Below are positions 1 to 9,498 of a DNA stretch of 32,000 nucleotides, in pieces. The notes under the pieces are model-generated. The model did no database searches, was not told the origin of the DNA, and saw nothing but the letters and a program-made list of their open reading frames with translations. The translations under genes were made by a program, and so were the position numbers. This DNA comes from Candidatus Methylomirabilis oxygeniifera (GTDB taxonomy: Bacteria > Methylomirabilota > Methylomirabilia > Methylomirabilales > Methylomirabilaceae), in the NCBI GenBank assembly GCA_000091165.1, contig FP565575.1, forward strand, positions 150,001 to 182,000. The letters run 5' to 3'. Position 1 is the stretch's first letter. Every line of letters starts with the position of its first letter.

Positions 1-449
1 CCCTAGTAAGGGCGCAGGATCGGGGGTCCTCGGCCGGTCCCCAACAATGTGGCTCTTCCGGGTTTCGGGTACGTAAGGATCGCATTCTCCTGAAAAATGA
101 AGTTATTGAGCGTGGTCAGACATAACTCCATGGGGTACGTACCGTCAATACGCCTTTTGGCGTATACGATCCACTTTTCCTGATAATTCTAATGTCTGAC
201 TCGCCGTTCTCACGAAGAGCCATAGATTACGATGAGAACATTGTACTAATAATACACAGGCTTATAGCGATGGAATATAGCAGTAGACGGAAGAATAAGT
301 CACTACCAATCACTGATCCGGCCGCTTGCCGGCCTGCCTTCGTGATGGACATCTCTCTTGATCTATGATAGGAAATCGTTGTAGCGGGTCCCTACAGAAG
401 GGCCTCCGTTAACGCATAACACAATACAATAACCGAAGGGAGAGCGAGG

Positions 450-1427
450 ATGATGCCGAAAACAAGTCATCGAAGCTGCCGATGCCTCGTAATCGCGCTT
501 CTGTGGTGGTTCGCTCATGTTTCGTCGGCCGCTGCGGCCGGACCGATGGCCTATGTGGCGAATGAAAAATCCGATGATGTGTCGGTCATCGACACTTCAA
601 CGAATACAGTGATCCGCACGATCGCGGTGGGTAAGCGGCCGAGAGGCGTGGCGATCTCGCCGGACCGACGTCACGTGTACATTGCCAACGGCAATTCCGA
701 TGACATTAGTATCATCGATGCCGAGGTTGGGAAGGTCGTGGAAACATGGCCTGCAGGGGTCGACCCCGAGGGGGTGGCGCTGAGTCCTGACGGGACCCGT
801 CTGTACGCAGTGAACGAGAATGGCGGAACGGTCACGGTGATCAACACCAAGACCGGCACAGTGATTGCCACCATCGAGGTCCAGGTAGAGCCGGAGTCGA
901 TTGCCGTCAGTCCCGATGGACAGGTTGCCTACGTCTCCAACGAAACATCGAATACGATTTCGGTTATCGATACGGCGACCCTCAAGGTACTAACGGCTAT
1001 CCCGGTTGCGAAGAACCCGCGTGGGATCGCCTTCAGCCCTGACGGCAAGTATGCCTACGTGACCAGCGAGCAGGTCGAGCCCGGCGTGCTGTCGGTGATC
1101 GAGGTGGCTCGCCATAAGGTGATCAAGAGCATCCCGGTCGGCGAACGGCCGGTTGGAGTGGTGGTGTCACGGGACGGTCGCACCCTTTATGTGGCGCACG
1201 GCCGGAGTAATGCCGTCTATGTCGTCGATGCCCGCACCTTGACCGTCACCAAACAGATCCCGGTGGGCCAGCGGGCCTGGTACCTGGCCTTTACGCCGGA
1301 CGAGCAACGTCTCTATGTCGCCTGTGGTCGCAGCGACGCGGTGTCGGTGATTGATGTCGCAGCCGGGAAAGTCATCGCCACGGTTCCGGTCGGCAAGATA
1401 CCGTTTGGCGTCGCCATTCCACAGTAA
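450..1427 (+). CDS. YVTN-family beta-propeller repeat protein, secreted
   Basis: 325-aa ORF with N-terminal signal-like hydrophobic stretch; multiple repeats of the type 'IPVGxxPxGVAxSPDGxxxYVAN'; SD-like 'agggagag' upstream of the ATG. Confidence 0.9.
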   Translation: MMPKTSHRSCRCLVIALLWWFAHVSSAAAAGPMAYVANEKSDDVSVIDTSTNTVIRTIAVGKRPRGVAISPDRRHVYIANGNSDDISIIDAEVGKVVETWPAGVDPEGVALSPDGTRLYAVNENGGTVTVINTKTGTVIATIEVQVEPESIAVSPDGQVAYVSNETSNTISVIDTATLKVLTAIPVAKNPRGIAFSPDGKYAYVTSEQVEPGVLSVIEVARHKVIKSIPVGERPVGVVVSRDGRTLYVAHGRSNAVYVVDARTLTVTKQIPVGQRAWYLAFTPDEQRLYVACGRSDAVSVIDVAAGKVIATVPVGKIPFGVAIPQ

Positions 1428-1434
1428 TGACAGT

Positions 1435-1547
1435 AGGTAGATAGACCGAAGACTGACGACTGAAGGATCCTGATCCTCCGCCTTCAGCCTATCGACCTTT
1501 AGTCTTCAGTCTGCACTTGAACGCTGACCGCTGAACGCTTTTTCTAA
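1435..1547. repeat. Intergenic heptamer-based imperfect palindromic element (copy 1)
   Basis: 'GAAGACTGACGACTGAAGG...CCTTCAGCC...AGTCTTCAGTC' dyad, followed by 'GCTGACCGCTGAACGCTTTTTCTAA'. Confidence 0.6.
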
Positions 1548-1558
1548 GGAGATCGTCC

Positions 1559-1834
1559 ATGCCAAAGTATCTGATCGAGCGTGATATCCCGGGGGCGGGC
1601 AAGCTGTCGTCTCAGGAGCTTCAGGTCATTTCGCAAAAGTCGTGCGGCGTGCTCGGAAAGCTGGGGCCGCAGATTCAGTGGGTCCACAGCTACGTGACTG
1701 ACGAGAAGGTGTACTGTGTCTACATTGCACCAAATGCCGACATGGTCCTGGAGCATGCCCGCAATGGCGGCTTCCCGGCGAACCGGGTGTCGGAGATCAG
1801 ATCGATGATCGACCCCACAACCGCCGAAGGATGA
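1559..1834 (+). CDS. DUF4242 / SCO4226-like small protein
   Basis: 91 aa; 'MPKYLIERDIPGAGKLS...WVHSYVTDEKVYCVYIAPN...ARNGGFPANRVSEIRSMIDPTTAEG' matches the pattern of the DUF4242 family; 'aaggag' SD upstream. Confidence 0.8.
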   Translation: MPKYLIERDIPGAGKLSSQELQVISQKSCGVLGKLGPQIQWVHSYVTDEKVYCVYIAPNADMVLEHARNGGFPANRVSEIRSMIDPTTAEG

Positions 1835-1956
1835 AGCGATCAGCGGTCAGGGGCGTAGGCTGAAGGCTGAAGGATTCTTCAGGTCTCCTACCTTCAGTCT
1901 ATTCACCTTCGGCCTTCCGCCTGAGGCTGATAGCTGACTGCTGTTCGCTGTTTTCT
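1835..1956. repeat. Intergenic heptamer-based imperfect palindromic element (copy 2)
   Basis: 'AGCGATCAGCGGTCAG...GTAGGCTGAAGGCTGAAGG...CCTTCAG...GCTGACTGCTGTTCGCTGTTTTCTAA'; its end resembles the end of copy 1. Confidence 0.6.
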
Positions 1957-2063
1957 AAACCTTGACAACTCCGCTGAGAGGTTGGAAAATCGCCGCGATT
2001 ATTACACGATCCGGTACTCACTCAGCCTGGTATAGTTCCTGACTGGTAAAGGGAGATTGATGC

Positions 2064-2606
2064 ATGTCCGAGACGGCAGCGGAAATAACCTACGTTGACA
2101 ATATATTCGGAATCGTGACAGATCAACGGGTTGTTTACCACCCGAATAGAGGGTGGTTGACGGAAGGGGGCGAGGAGGATGCGCCCCTCAGCCATATCGC
2201 GTCGGTCGAATTCGAAATATCCCGCAGCCTCAGCAATGGGATCCTGCTTATTGTCATGGGGGTGCCGACGATACTGGTGCTTGTCGGCGTGATCTTTATC
2301 CTGTTCGGCTACTGCCTCCTCAAGGGCACGCCAACTGTTATCGTGAACACGACGGATGGGAAACGCGAGGTGATGAAGGGCTGGCCGTGGCAACGCGGAC
2401 AGGCCGAGGAGTTCGTGAAGGCGCTTCAAGGCCGCATTGCGCCTGGCCAGGAGGTTCGCCTTCAGTATGTCAGTTCGGCTTCGGTCGGGACATTGAGCCA
2501 CCAGCTCAGCGGACCTATCCTGTCTGTGATCGTGATCTCGCTGTTTGTCATTGTGTTCTGCGCCGTCGCCTGGTTGGTCATGCTGCTAGGCCTATCTCCC
2601 TTTTAG
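2064..2606 (+). CDS. Hypothetical membrane protein
   Basis: 180-aa ORF with hydrophobic segments (ILLIVMGVPTILVLVGVIFILFGYCLL and ILSVIVISLFVIVFCAVAWLVMLLG); 'aaagggaga' upstream. Confidence 0.7.
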   Translation: MSETAAEITYVDNIFGIVTDQRVVYHPNRGWLTEGGEEDAPLSHIASVEFEISRSLSNGILLIVMGVPTILVLVGVIFILFGYCLLKGTPTVIVNTTDGKREVMKGWPWQRGQAEEFVKALQGRIAPGQEVRLQYVSSASVGTLSHQLSGPILSVIVISLFVIVFCAVAWLVMLLGLSPF

Positions 2607-2648
2607 CTGCGACAACGGATGGTACTCATGATGTAAGGAGGAGCTGAA

Positions 2649-2870
2649 ATGTTCCTAAAAGAAAAGCAAACCGATCGTCTGATAGAAATCCTTGACCTTT
2701 CCGCGCTGTTTGATCCGCTTCAGTCGGTTGTGATGGGTCGAATCCATGCCGGCGAAGAGATGCAGGATCCCGCCGGCTTTGATAAGGCCGATCTGATCTT
2801 TCCTTCCGGCGAATCGTTGCCACGCTATTGGGTGGACGCGCATTACAGAGATGCGGCCACCGGTAAATAG
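2649..2870 (+). CDS. Small hypothetical protein (73 aa)
   Basis: Strong SD 'aaggaggagctgaaATG'; no family recognised. Confidence 0.6.
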   Translation: MFLKEKQTDRLIEILDLSALFDPLQSVVMGRIHAGEEMQDPAGFDKADLIFPSGESLPRYWVDAHYRDAATGK

Positions 2871-2971
2871 TGCGCCTCGAAAGATCATAAGGGGTGAGGT
2901 GTGAGGTCTCTTGACCTCTAACGGCGTTTTTGTTTTAATAACGAATTCTCACATCATAAGAAGGGACGCCT

Positions 2972-3985
2972 ATGAGCAATATGTCGACGATGAATGAGTG
3001 CCTGAGCCGTAACCTTGGACTTGAACTGGTCCGCGTGACCGAGGCTGCTGCGTTGGCCGCAGGGCGATGGATGGGGCGCGGGCAGAAGGATGCGGGTGAT
3101 GGGGCGGCCGTCCATGCGATGCGGGCGATGCTCAGAACGGTCGAAATCAACGGTGTGGTCGTCATCGGCGAAGGCGAAAAAGATGAGGCGCCCATGCTGT
3201 TCAATGGCGAGGCGGTTGGAACCGGTGACGGACCTGCTGTAGACGTGGCAGTGGACCCGGTGGAGGGGACCAGCCTGCTGGCCCATGGCCGACCTGATTC
3301 GATCGCCGTCATCGGCGTGGCGCCTCGCGGCGCCATGTGGTCACCCGGACCAGGCTTCTACATGAACAAGCTGGTCGTCGGACGAGAGGCGCGGGACGCC
3401 GTCTCCCTATCGAGTTTCACCGCACCGGTAGCCGACACGCTTGCCGCTATCGGTGAGGCGAAACATAAGGCCGTAGCGGATCTCACGGTATTCGTACTCG
3501 ATAAGCCCAGACATGCTGAACTGATCAGCGCGCTTCGCGCCGCCGGCGCGCGTGTGCTGACACGCACCGACGGCGACGTAGCCGGCGCGCTGATGGCTGC
3601 GACACCGGACTCCGGAGTAGACATGCTGATGGGTATCGGCGGGACGCCGGAAGGCGTCATTGCCGCCTGCGCTGTCCGTGCATTGGGCGGGGCGATGTTG
3701 GGTCAACTGGCCCCTCAGAAACCCGGCGAACGCGAGGCGTTACTCGATGCGGGTCTCGATATCGACAGAGTGCTGACCGAGCGCGATCTCGTGTCCAGCA
3801 ATGACGTATTTTTTGCGGCGACCGGTATTACCGACGGCTTGTTGATGCAAGGCGTACGATATGCCGATAGTGGTTCGACGACTCATTCGATCGTTATGCG
3901 TGGCAAGAGCCGGACGAGACGTACGATTCAGGCAGAACACTGCCCGGATGAGGTCAAGACGATTAGGTTGTGTCACCAGATTTAG
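2972..3985 (+). CDS. glpX: Class II fructose-1,6-bisphosphatase
   Basis: 337 aa; 'ALAAGRWMGRGQKDAGDGAAVHAMR', 'GVVVIGEGEKDEAPML', 'AVDPVEGTSL', 'GIGGTPEGVIAACA' are GlpX signatures. Confidence 0.95.
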   Translation: MSNMSTMNECLSRNLGLELVRVTEAAALAAGRWMGRGQKDAGDGAAVHAMRAMLRTVEINGVVVIGEGEKDEAPMLFNGEAVGTGDGPAVDVAVDPVEGTSLLAHGRPDSIAVIGVAPRGAMWSPGPGFYMNKLVVGREARDAVSLSSFTAPVADTLAAIGEAKHKAVADLTVFVLDKPRHAELISALRAAGARVLTRTDGDVAGALMAATPDSGVDMLMGIGGTPEGVIAACAVRALGGAMLGQLAPQKPGEREALLDAGLDIDRVLTERDLVSSNDVFFAATGITDGLLMQGVRYADSGSTTHSIVMRGKSRTRRTIQAEHCPDEVKTIRLCHQI

Positions 3986-4022
3986 AACGGACATAGGACC
4001 TACAGTGAGATAGGAGGACGGT

Positions 4023-5087
4023 ATGGCACTGGTTTCGATGCGACAGTTGCTCGATCACGCCGCCGAGTATGGGTATGGCGTTCCCGCTTTTAACGTGAAC
4101 AATATGGAACAGATTCAGGCCATCATGGAGGCCGCCCATGAGACGGACAGCCCCGTGATCATGCAGGCTTCCGCCGGCGCCCGCAAGTATGCCGGTGAAC
4201 CGTTCCTCCGCCATCTGTTTCTGGCGGCGTCAGAGATGTATCCTGACATTCCGGTCGTTGTCCACCAGGATCACGGCGCGTCTCCGGCGGTGTGTATCGC
4301 CTCCATCCGCTCAGGTTTCAGCAGCGTCATGATGGACGGCTCGCTGTTGGCGGACGGCAAGACCCCGTCGTCGTATGACTATAATGTCGCGACAACGGCT
4401 CATATTGCTGAGGTTGCCCACGCGATCGGCGTGTCGGTGGAGGGGGAGCTGGGTTGCCTGGGTTCCCTTGAAACCGGGACGGGCGAGAAGGAAGACAGCC
4501 ATGGCGCCGAGGGGACGCTCTCACGGGATCAGCTTCTGACCGACCCGGAGCAGGCTGCTCAGTTCGTCAAGGCTACCAAAGTGGATGCGCTCGCCATTGC
4601 CATCGGCACCAGCCACGGCGCCTATAAATTCTCCAAGAAACCCGAGGGCGATGTCCTCGTGATGGAGCGGGTCAAAGAGATCCATGCACGCATTCCGGAT
4701 ACCCATCTGGTCATGCACGGCTCCTCAAGCGTGCCCCAGGAGTGGCTGAAGATCATTAGGGAATTCGGCGGCGACATGCCGCAGACCTACGGGGTCCCGA
4801 TCGAAGAGATTCAGCTTGGGATCAAGCATGGCGTACGGAAGGTGAACATCGATACCGATCTGCGCCTGGCGGCAACCGGAGCTATTCGGCAGGACTTGGC
4901 GCAAAACAAAAAGAACTTTGACCCGCGTAAGTTCCTGACGGCGGCGACGAAGGCGATGCGGCAGATCTGCAAACAGCGCTATGAACAGTTGGGGAGCGCC
5001 GGCAATGCGAGCAAGATCCGTGCGATCTCCCTGGACGATATGGCTCACCGCTACCTCAAGGGCGAGCTCGACCCGCGCGTTCACTAG
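4023..5087 (+). CDS. fba: Class II fructose-bisphosphate aldolase
   Basis: 354 aa; '[21 protein letters not shown]', '[10 protein letters not shown]', 'SVMMDGSL', '[11 protein letters not shown]', '[14 protein letters not shown]'. Confidence 0.95.
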   Translation: MALVSMRQLLDHAAEYGYGVPAFNVNNMEQIQAIMEAAHETDSPVIMQASAGARKYAGEPFLRHLFLAASEMYPDIPVVVHQDHGASPAVCIASIRSGFSSVMMDGSLLADGKTPSSYDYNVATTAHIAEVAHAIGVSVEGELGCLGSLETGTGEKEDSHGAEGTLSRDQLLTDPEQAAQFVKATKVDALAIAIGTSHGAYKFSKKPEGDVLVMERVKEIHARIPDTHLVMHGSSSVPQEWLKIIREFGGDMPQTYGVPIEEIQLGIKHGVRKVNIDTDLRLAATGAIRQDLAQNKKNFDPRKFLTAATKAMRQICKQRYEQLGSAGNASKIRAISLDDMAHRYLKGELDPRVH

Positions 5088-5090
5088 CCC

Positions 5091-5756
5091 GTGGCCACGT
5101 ATAAGATTGCCCCTTCGATTCTTTCTGCCGACTTCGCCCGGCTGGGCGAAGAGGTGCGCGCTGTGGATGCGGCCGGCGCCGACTACATTCACGTCGATGT
5201 GATGGACAATCACTTCGTGCCCAATCTTACCATCGGGCCGGCCGTGGTTGCCGCGATCAGACCCCACACGGCAAAACCGCTGGATGTCCACCTGATGATC
5301 GAGCCTGTTGACCCGATCATTCCCGACTTCGCGAAAAGCGGGGCCGACATTATTACGGTACACCCGGAGGCGACTCGCCATCTCGATCGTACCATCCAGC
5401 TCATCAAGGGTCTCGGCTGTCGGGCAGGTGTCTCTCTCAATCCGGCAAGTCCAATCGCTTGGATGGATCATGTGCTGGAGCAACTGGACTTGGTGCTGGT
5501 GATGAGTGTGAACCCGGGATTCGGCGGTCAGAGCTTTATCGACTATGTGCTGCCGAAGATCACGGTCATTCGTCGGCGCATCGACGCGATCGGAAAAGCG
5601 ATCGATCTGGAGGTGGACGGCGGCGTGAAGGTGGAGAACGTACGCCGCGTTGCGGACGCCGGGGCTGACACCTTTGTGGCAGGCTCCGCTGTCTTCGGAA
5701 CCCCGGACTACGCGGCCACCATAGCCCGGTTTCGGACCGCTCTCGGCGGCGCGTGA
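5091..5756 (+). CDS. rpe: Ribulose-phosphate 3-epimerase (GTG start, 3 nt after the fba stop)
   Basis: '[41 protein letters not shown]', '[14 protein letters not shown]', '[11 protein letters not shown]'. Confidence 0.95.
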   Translation: MATYKIAPSILSADFARLGEEVRAVDAAGADYIHVDVMDNHFVPNLTIGPAVVAAIRPHTAKPLDVHLMIEPVDPIIPDFAKSGADIITVHPEATRHLDRTIQLIKGLGCRAGVSLNPASPIAWMDHVLEQLDLVLVMSVNPGFGGQSFIDYVLPKITVIRRRIDAIGKAIDLEVDGGVKVENVRRVADAGADTFVAGSAVFGTPDYAATIARFRTALGGA

Positions 5757-5846
5757 GAGGTGGTTGTAAATCCATACGTGATGAGATTGCAGACTCGGCG
5801 TGACTATTGTTCCTCAGAAAATCGCCTACGACTGAAACCCTCCGTG

Positions 5847-5881
5847 CCCCCCTTTGCTAAAGGGGGGTTAGGGGGGATTTT
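5847..5881. repeat. G/C-run palindromic intergenic element
   Basis: CCCCCCTTTGCTAAAGGGGGGTTAGGGGGGATTTT; CCCCCCTTT/AAAGGGGGG is a perfect 9-bp inverted repeat around GCT, with an additional GGGGGG run. Confidence 0.6.
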
Positions 5882-5910
5882 CTTACTGTAGGGGTAGGCC
5901 GCGGAGGACC

Positions 5911-6711
5911 ATGGCCATTCGATTAAAATGGCTGCTCGCCTGCTGTATTGCCGTCCTTGCCTGCGTCGGCGTGACGGCTTGCCAGACTGTTCCCATTACG
6001 GGCCGATCCCAACTCCTGTTACTCTCGGAAGCGGATGAGATGCAGATGGGAATCCAATCGTATCAGGAGGTCGTGAAAAAATCCAAGCTTTCGAAAGATC
6101 CCGCGACTAATGAGATGGTGAAGCGCGTCGGGACGCGCATTGCGGCGGCTACCGGGCGGACCGATTTCCAGTGGGAGTTTACGGTCATCGAGGATCCGCA
6201 GGCCAATGCGTTTGCGCTGCCAGGCGGGAAGGTGGCGGTCTATACCGGTATTCTTCCCATCACGCGGGATGAGACCGGACTGGCGGCGGTCCTTGGGCAT
6301 GAGATCGCCCATGCCGTTGCGCGGCACGGAGCCGAACGCGTGAGTCAGAACCTTCTTGTGCAAGTAGGATTGGCCGGCACGATGGCCGCCTTTTCCAAGG
6401 GCGATCCGAAGACACGACAGTCGGTCGGCGCGCTGCTGGGTGCCGGTGCGGCCGTGGGGCTGGTGCTGCCCTGGAGTCGCAGCCAGGAATCTGAGGCCGA
6501 TCACTTAGGGCTCATTTATATGGCGAAGGCGGGGTACAACCCCAGCGCAGCGCGCGACCTCTGGATCCGCATGGCTGAGGCGTCCAAAGGCCATGACCGC
6601 CCCCCGGAGTTTCTCTCCACCCACCCGGCGGAGGCGACCCGCATTCAGCAAATCGAAGCCTGGCTTCCCGAGGCATCGCAGTATTACCGCCCGGGACCAG
6701 GCAAGCGGTAA
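5911..6711 (+). CDS. M48-family metalloprotease, probable lipoprotein
   Basis: 266 aa; N-terminal lipobox-like 'GVTAC'; zinc motif HExxH ('LGHEIAHAVARHGAERVSQ'); 'QANAFALPGGKVAVYTGIL'; downstream 'EADHLG'. Confidence 0.92.
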   Translation: MAIRLKWLLACCIAVLACVGVTACQTVPITGRSQLLLLSEADEMQMGIQSYQEVVKKSKLSKDPATNEMVKRVGTRIAAATGRTDFQWEFTVIEDPQANAFALPGGKVAVYTGILPITRDETGLAAVLGHEIAHAVARHGAERVSQNLLVQVGLAGTMAAFSKGDPKTRQSVGALLGAGAAVGLVLPWSRSQESEADHLGLIYMAKAGYNPSAARDLWIRMAEASKGHDRPPEFLSTHPAEATRIQQIEAWLPEASQYYRPGPGKR

Positions 6712-6771
6712 TCAGCCGGCAGCCTCTGCAGTGGCCCGGCATTACTGAGCGGAGAGCGTCTGCCCCTTGCC

Positions 6772-7947
6772 TCATCGGCAAACGACATTCCTGGGATCAA
6801 GGGTCGGCAGTCTCCCCTCGCGATAGAAGATCAGCGCAAGCAGTACGAGACTGTTCGCGTAGTAGTCATTGCTGTCTTCGAAGAGGTGCGCGTCCTTATT
6901 GAAGGCGTTGCGTAGCTTCCCGAGAACGCCGGTCAGGACAGGGCCGTTCGACCTCGCCAATGCCGACAGGCTCATGGCATAAGCGGCTACGTGTTCGTAT
7001 TGCCCGGCCGGTCTGCCATCATACGTGTACTCGGCAAAGAATCGACCGCCGCGCCTCTCCCACTCCTGTGTGTAGAAATCCCTCATACCATCAAGGTAGC
7101 GCCTAGCCCGATCCTCCCCGAACCACAGCGCATCCATTCCGAGTCGCCACGGGGTTCGAATAGCATCCCAGCTAAACCGATCCGAAAATCCCGTGGCGTG
7201 CGTCAGGACTCCGTCCGCTGTGAGAAGCAGCCAATCCGGCACCAAGCCCACGCCTGTGGTCCCGGCGAAGCGCTTCGAAGCCGTCTCGATGAGGTGATAG
7301 CTTCCCTCGATCAGGTCGTTCCAACGTGGGTCTCCGGTACATGCAAAGAATATCCGGAAGTGAGCCGGCGACAGATAGGAGGGGTTGATCATGTAGGCGT
7401 CGCGCCCTTTTCTCCAGCTCCCCGGCAGGAGATACCTCCGCCCGTTGATCATCTCTGTTTCCAGGTCGAGCAGGTCGTTCATGACCAATCGCGCCTTCCG
7501 GGCATAGCGTTCATCGCGCCAGCGTGTGGAGGCGGTAATCAGCGCGAGGGCATAATCGAGGTCGGCATCGGACGCGCTGTTCCAGTCAGTGACCCCCTTA
7601 CCTGGTTCCCAATGCCAGGCAAGCAGATGGTCGCCGGTGCGACCCTTCCGCGAGAGGTGCGCTTCGGTCCAGTCCAGGACCTTGTCGAATGTCTTTCGGT
7701 CGTCGAGCAGCGACGCGATGAGGAGCGCGTACGCCTGTCCTTCGGAGACCGTATCCCCGCTGTTCCGAGGGCGCTGGACGCGCCCATCCTGGAGGATGAA
7801 CCGCTTGCTGTACCCGCTCCAGGCCTTGACGATCAGATCGACCACCGGATCGATCTCACTCCTTGGACCGTAGGCCGACGCCGTACAGGTGACCACGAGT
7901 ACGCTTATGACCCCGACTACCCTGATGATCCACATGCCGCTCGTCAT
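6772..7947 (-). CDS. bcsZ: Glycoside hydrolase family 8 endoglucanase, BcsZ-like
   Basis: 391 aa, signal peptide; 'DTVSEGQAYALLIASLLDDRKTFD', 'LLAWHWEPGKGVTDWNSASDADLDYALALI', 'NPSYLSPAHFRIF'. Confidence 0.9.
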   Translation of the reverse strand: MTSGMWIIRVVGVISVLVVTCTASAYGPRSEIDPVVDLIVKAWSGYSKRFILQDGRVQRPRNSGDTVSEGQAYALLIASLLDDRKTFDKVLDWTEAHLSRKGRTGDHLLAWHWEPGKGVTDWNSASDADLDYALALITASTRWRDERYARKARLVMNDLLDLETEMINGRRYLLPGSWRKGRDAYMINPSYLSPAHFRIFFACTGDPRWNDLIEGSYHLIETASKRFAGTTGVGLVPDWLLLTADGVLTHATGFSDRFSWDAIRTPWRLGMDALWFGEDRARRYLDGMRDFYTQEWERRGGRFFAEYTYDGRPAGQYEHVAAYAMSLSALARSNGPVLTGVLGKLRNAFNKDAHLFEDSNDYYANSLVLLALIFYREGRLPTLDPRNVVCR

Positions 7948-7965
7948 ATCGTCACATCGTCAAGG

Positions 7966-9486
7966 TCAGAACCTGTAGTCGATCAGTACCCCCGCGTTCC
8001 ATTCATCATATACACTTGACCGAATCGCCTTTGCCGACAGGCCGGCATCGAGTTGGCGCGCCAGCGCATAGGCGAGCTTTCCTTGCCACTCGTGAAACAA
8101 CTTCCCGTTACTGTCCACGGAGATCCCGTAATAGGCGGTATAGTGGTTGCGCGGCGCCTCCGCCAGATAGTCCTCTTTCGTCGGATAGCCCAACCAGCGT
8201 TGAAATTCCACGGCGACCGTGTTCGTGGCGTATGTGCCCGGCGAGAAATACGATCGCTCCCGCTGAAACCCGTAGGCGTTTACACGGTAGATGAGGCGAA
8301 GCGTCTTCGGAAACCAGAGTAGCCGATACAACGCGAGAAACTCGCCCCCGATCCTGGTATTGTGATCGGAATAGTTCGCGTAGTTGCCTTGTATCGTCCA
8401 GTCGACGCGACGGTCGAGCGTTCCGCTCACACTCGCCAAGAGTCTATTGACGGTAATCCCATCCAGGACGGTTGTCTGGTTCTCCCACAGGTCCTTCCGC
8501 TCGAAGTCAACCCGCACCCTCGCTCCGGACGGCATCTCGTATGATACGCCAACGCCGACATTCAGGCGGTCCCGTCCGATCTCGTTGTAGTGGAGTTCGC
8601 TCGCGAATCCATCCATGTGGAAATAACCGTTCGGACTGTAGCGCAACCCCACGGTTTCCACATTGGTCAACAGATGGTTGCGTCCGAAATCGAATCGCAC
8701 ATTCTCGTACCTGACGCGGGCCGACACCTCGTTCGACATCTGCACACGTCCCTCCGCAGCGGCCAGTCCGTACCTGATTGACCGACTACCATTATAGCCC
8801 TTCTGATCGATATAGTCGTAGCCCAGCGTGAGAAGCGGCCGTTGGGATAGCTCGCTGAGATCCAGTGCGCGCTCGGCCTGTCGATGTCCCGGCGCGACAA
8901 ACATCAATTGGCGGTATAGCGCCTGCGCCTCCGATGGTCTTCCGCCCAGCGTCGCGATCTGCCCAAGATCGAACAGCGCGTCGCTGTTCTGCGTCGTAAG
9001 CTCGACGAGTTGTTCGAAAGCAGTCTTGGCCCGTCTCAGTCGCCCCAGCCACAATGCTTCCCTCCCGTCACGTTCCAGCGCCGTGGCCGCATCATCCGGA
9101 AACCGTTTGAGGATCGCGTCAAATTCGGCTAAGGCGCGCTCATACTGGAATGTCCAACCGTACGCCCTGGCTTTGTTTCGCCATATTGTGAGATCATCAG
9201 GTGCGAGCGTTGCGGCGGCCTCGAATTGTGTGAGAGCCTCAAAAGGGCGTCCCGCATCAAGCAACAGCCATCCGAGCTCAGTAGCGGCATCCCACTGTGT
9301 TGGGTCGAGCGTAATCGCCGACCTATACCTGGAGATTGCCTTCTCATAGGCCCCGCTCTTCCAGGCGTTCCTCGCGCCCAACATCAACACCTCTCGCTCG
9401 CTAGGCTCTTGGGCCCCCGCGATGGTCGCGGCCCAAGCAATGAATACGCCCCAGATCAGGACCTGGATAGTGAGTCGGCGGCGCAT
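7966..9486 (-). CDS. TPR protein with C-terminal YaiO/BcsC-like outer-membrane beta-barrel
   Basis: 506 aa; signal peptide ending AGAQE, TPR units, then a long alternating barrel-like region ending in 'AGVLIDYRF' (C-terminal Phe). Confidence 0.8.
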   Translation of the reverse strand: MRRRLTIQVLIWGVFIAWAATIAGAQEPSEREVLMLGARNAWKSGAYEKAISRYRSAITLDPTQWDAATELGWLLLDAGRPFEALTQFEAAATLAPDDLTIWRNKARAYGWTFQYERALAEFDAILKRFPDDAATALERDGREALWLGRLRRAKTAFEQLVELTTQNSDALFDLGQIATLGGRPSEAQALYRQLMFVAPGHRQAERALDLSELSQRPLLTLGYDYIDQKGYNGSRSIRYGLAAAEGRVQMSNEVSARVRYENVRFDFGRNHLLTNVETVGLRYSPNGYFHMDGFASELHYNEIGRDRLNVGVGVSYEMPSGARVRVDFERKDLWENQTTVLDGITVNRLLASVSGTLDRRVDWTIQGNYANYSDHNTRIGGEFLALYRLLWFPKTLRLIYRVNAYGFQRERSYFSPGTYATNTVAVEFQRWLGYPTKEDYLAEAPRNHYTAYYGISVDSNGKLFHEWQGKLAYALARQLDAGLSAKAIRSSVYDEWNAGVLIDYRF

Positions 9487-9498
9487 CCTGGACCCCGA

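Noticed and set aside
3-191. Minus-strand frame reading '...EKWIVYAKRRIDGTYPMELCLTTLNNFIFQENAILTYPKPGRATLLGTGRGPPILRPY*', faintly like the 'WVVYAKPPF' part of IS91-type transposases
   Set aside because: The resemblance is limited to a few residues at the window edge, with a stop just upstream. It may be a decayed transposase fragment, but this cannot be supported without a search and upstream sequence.
450-1427. Repetitive pattern in the beta-propeller gene considered as a DNA tandem repeat
   Set aside because: Periodicity is explained by the protein-level YVTN blades and diverges at the nucleotide level.
4725-5483. 252-aa minus-strand ORF spanning the fba/rpe junction
   Set aside because: Overlaps two unmistakable genes on the opposite strand; translation looks like antisense sequence.
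6991-8019. 342-aa plus-strand ORF opposite bcsZ
   Set aside because: Antisense shadow of the clear GH8 gene; no recognisable family.
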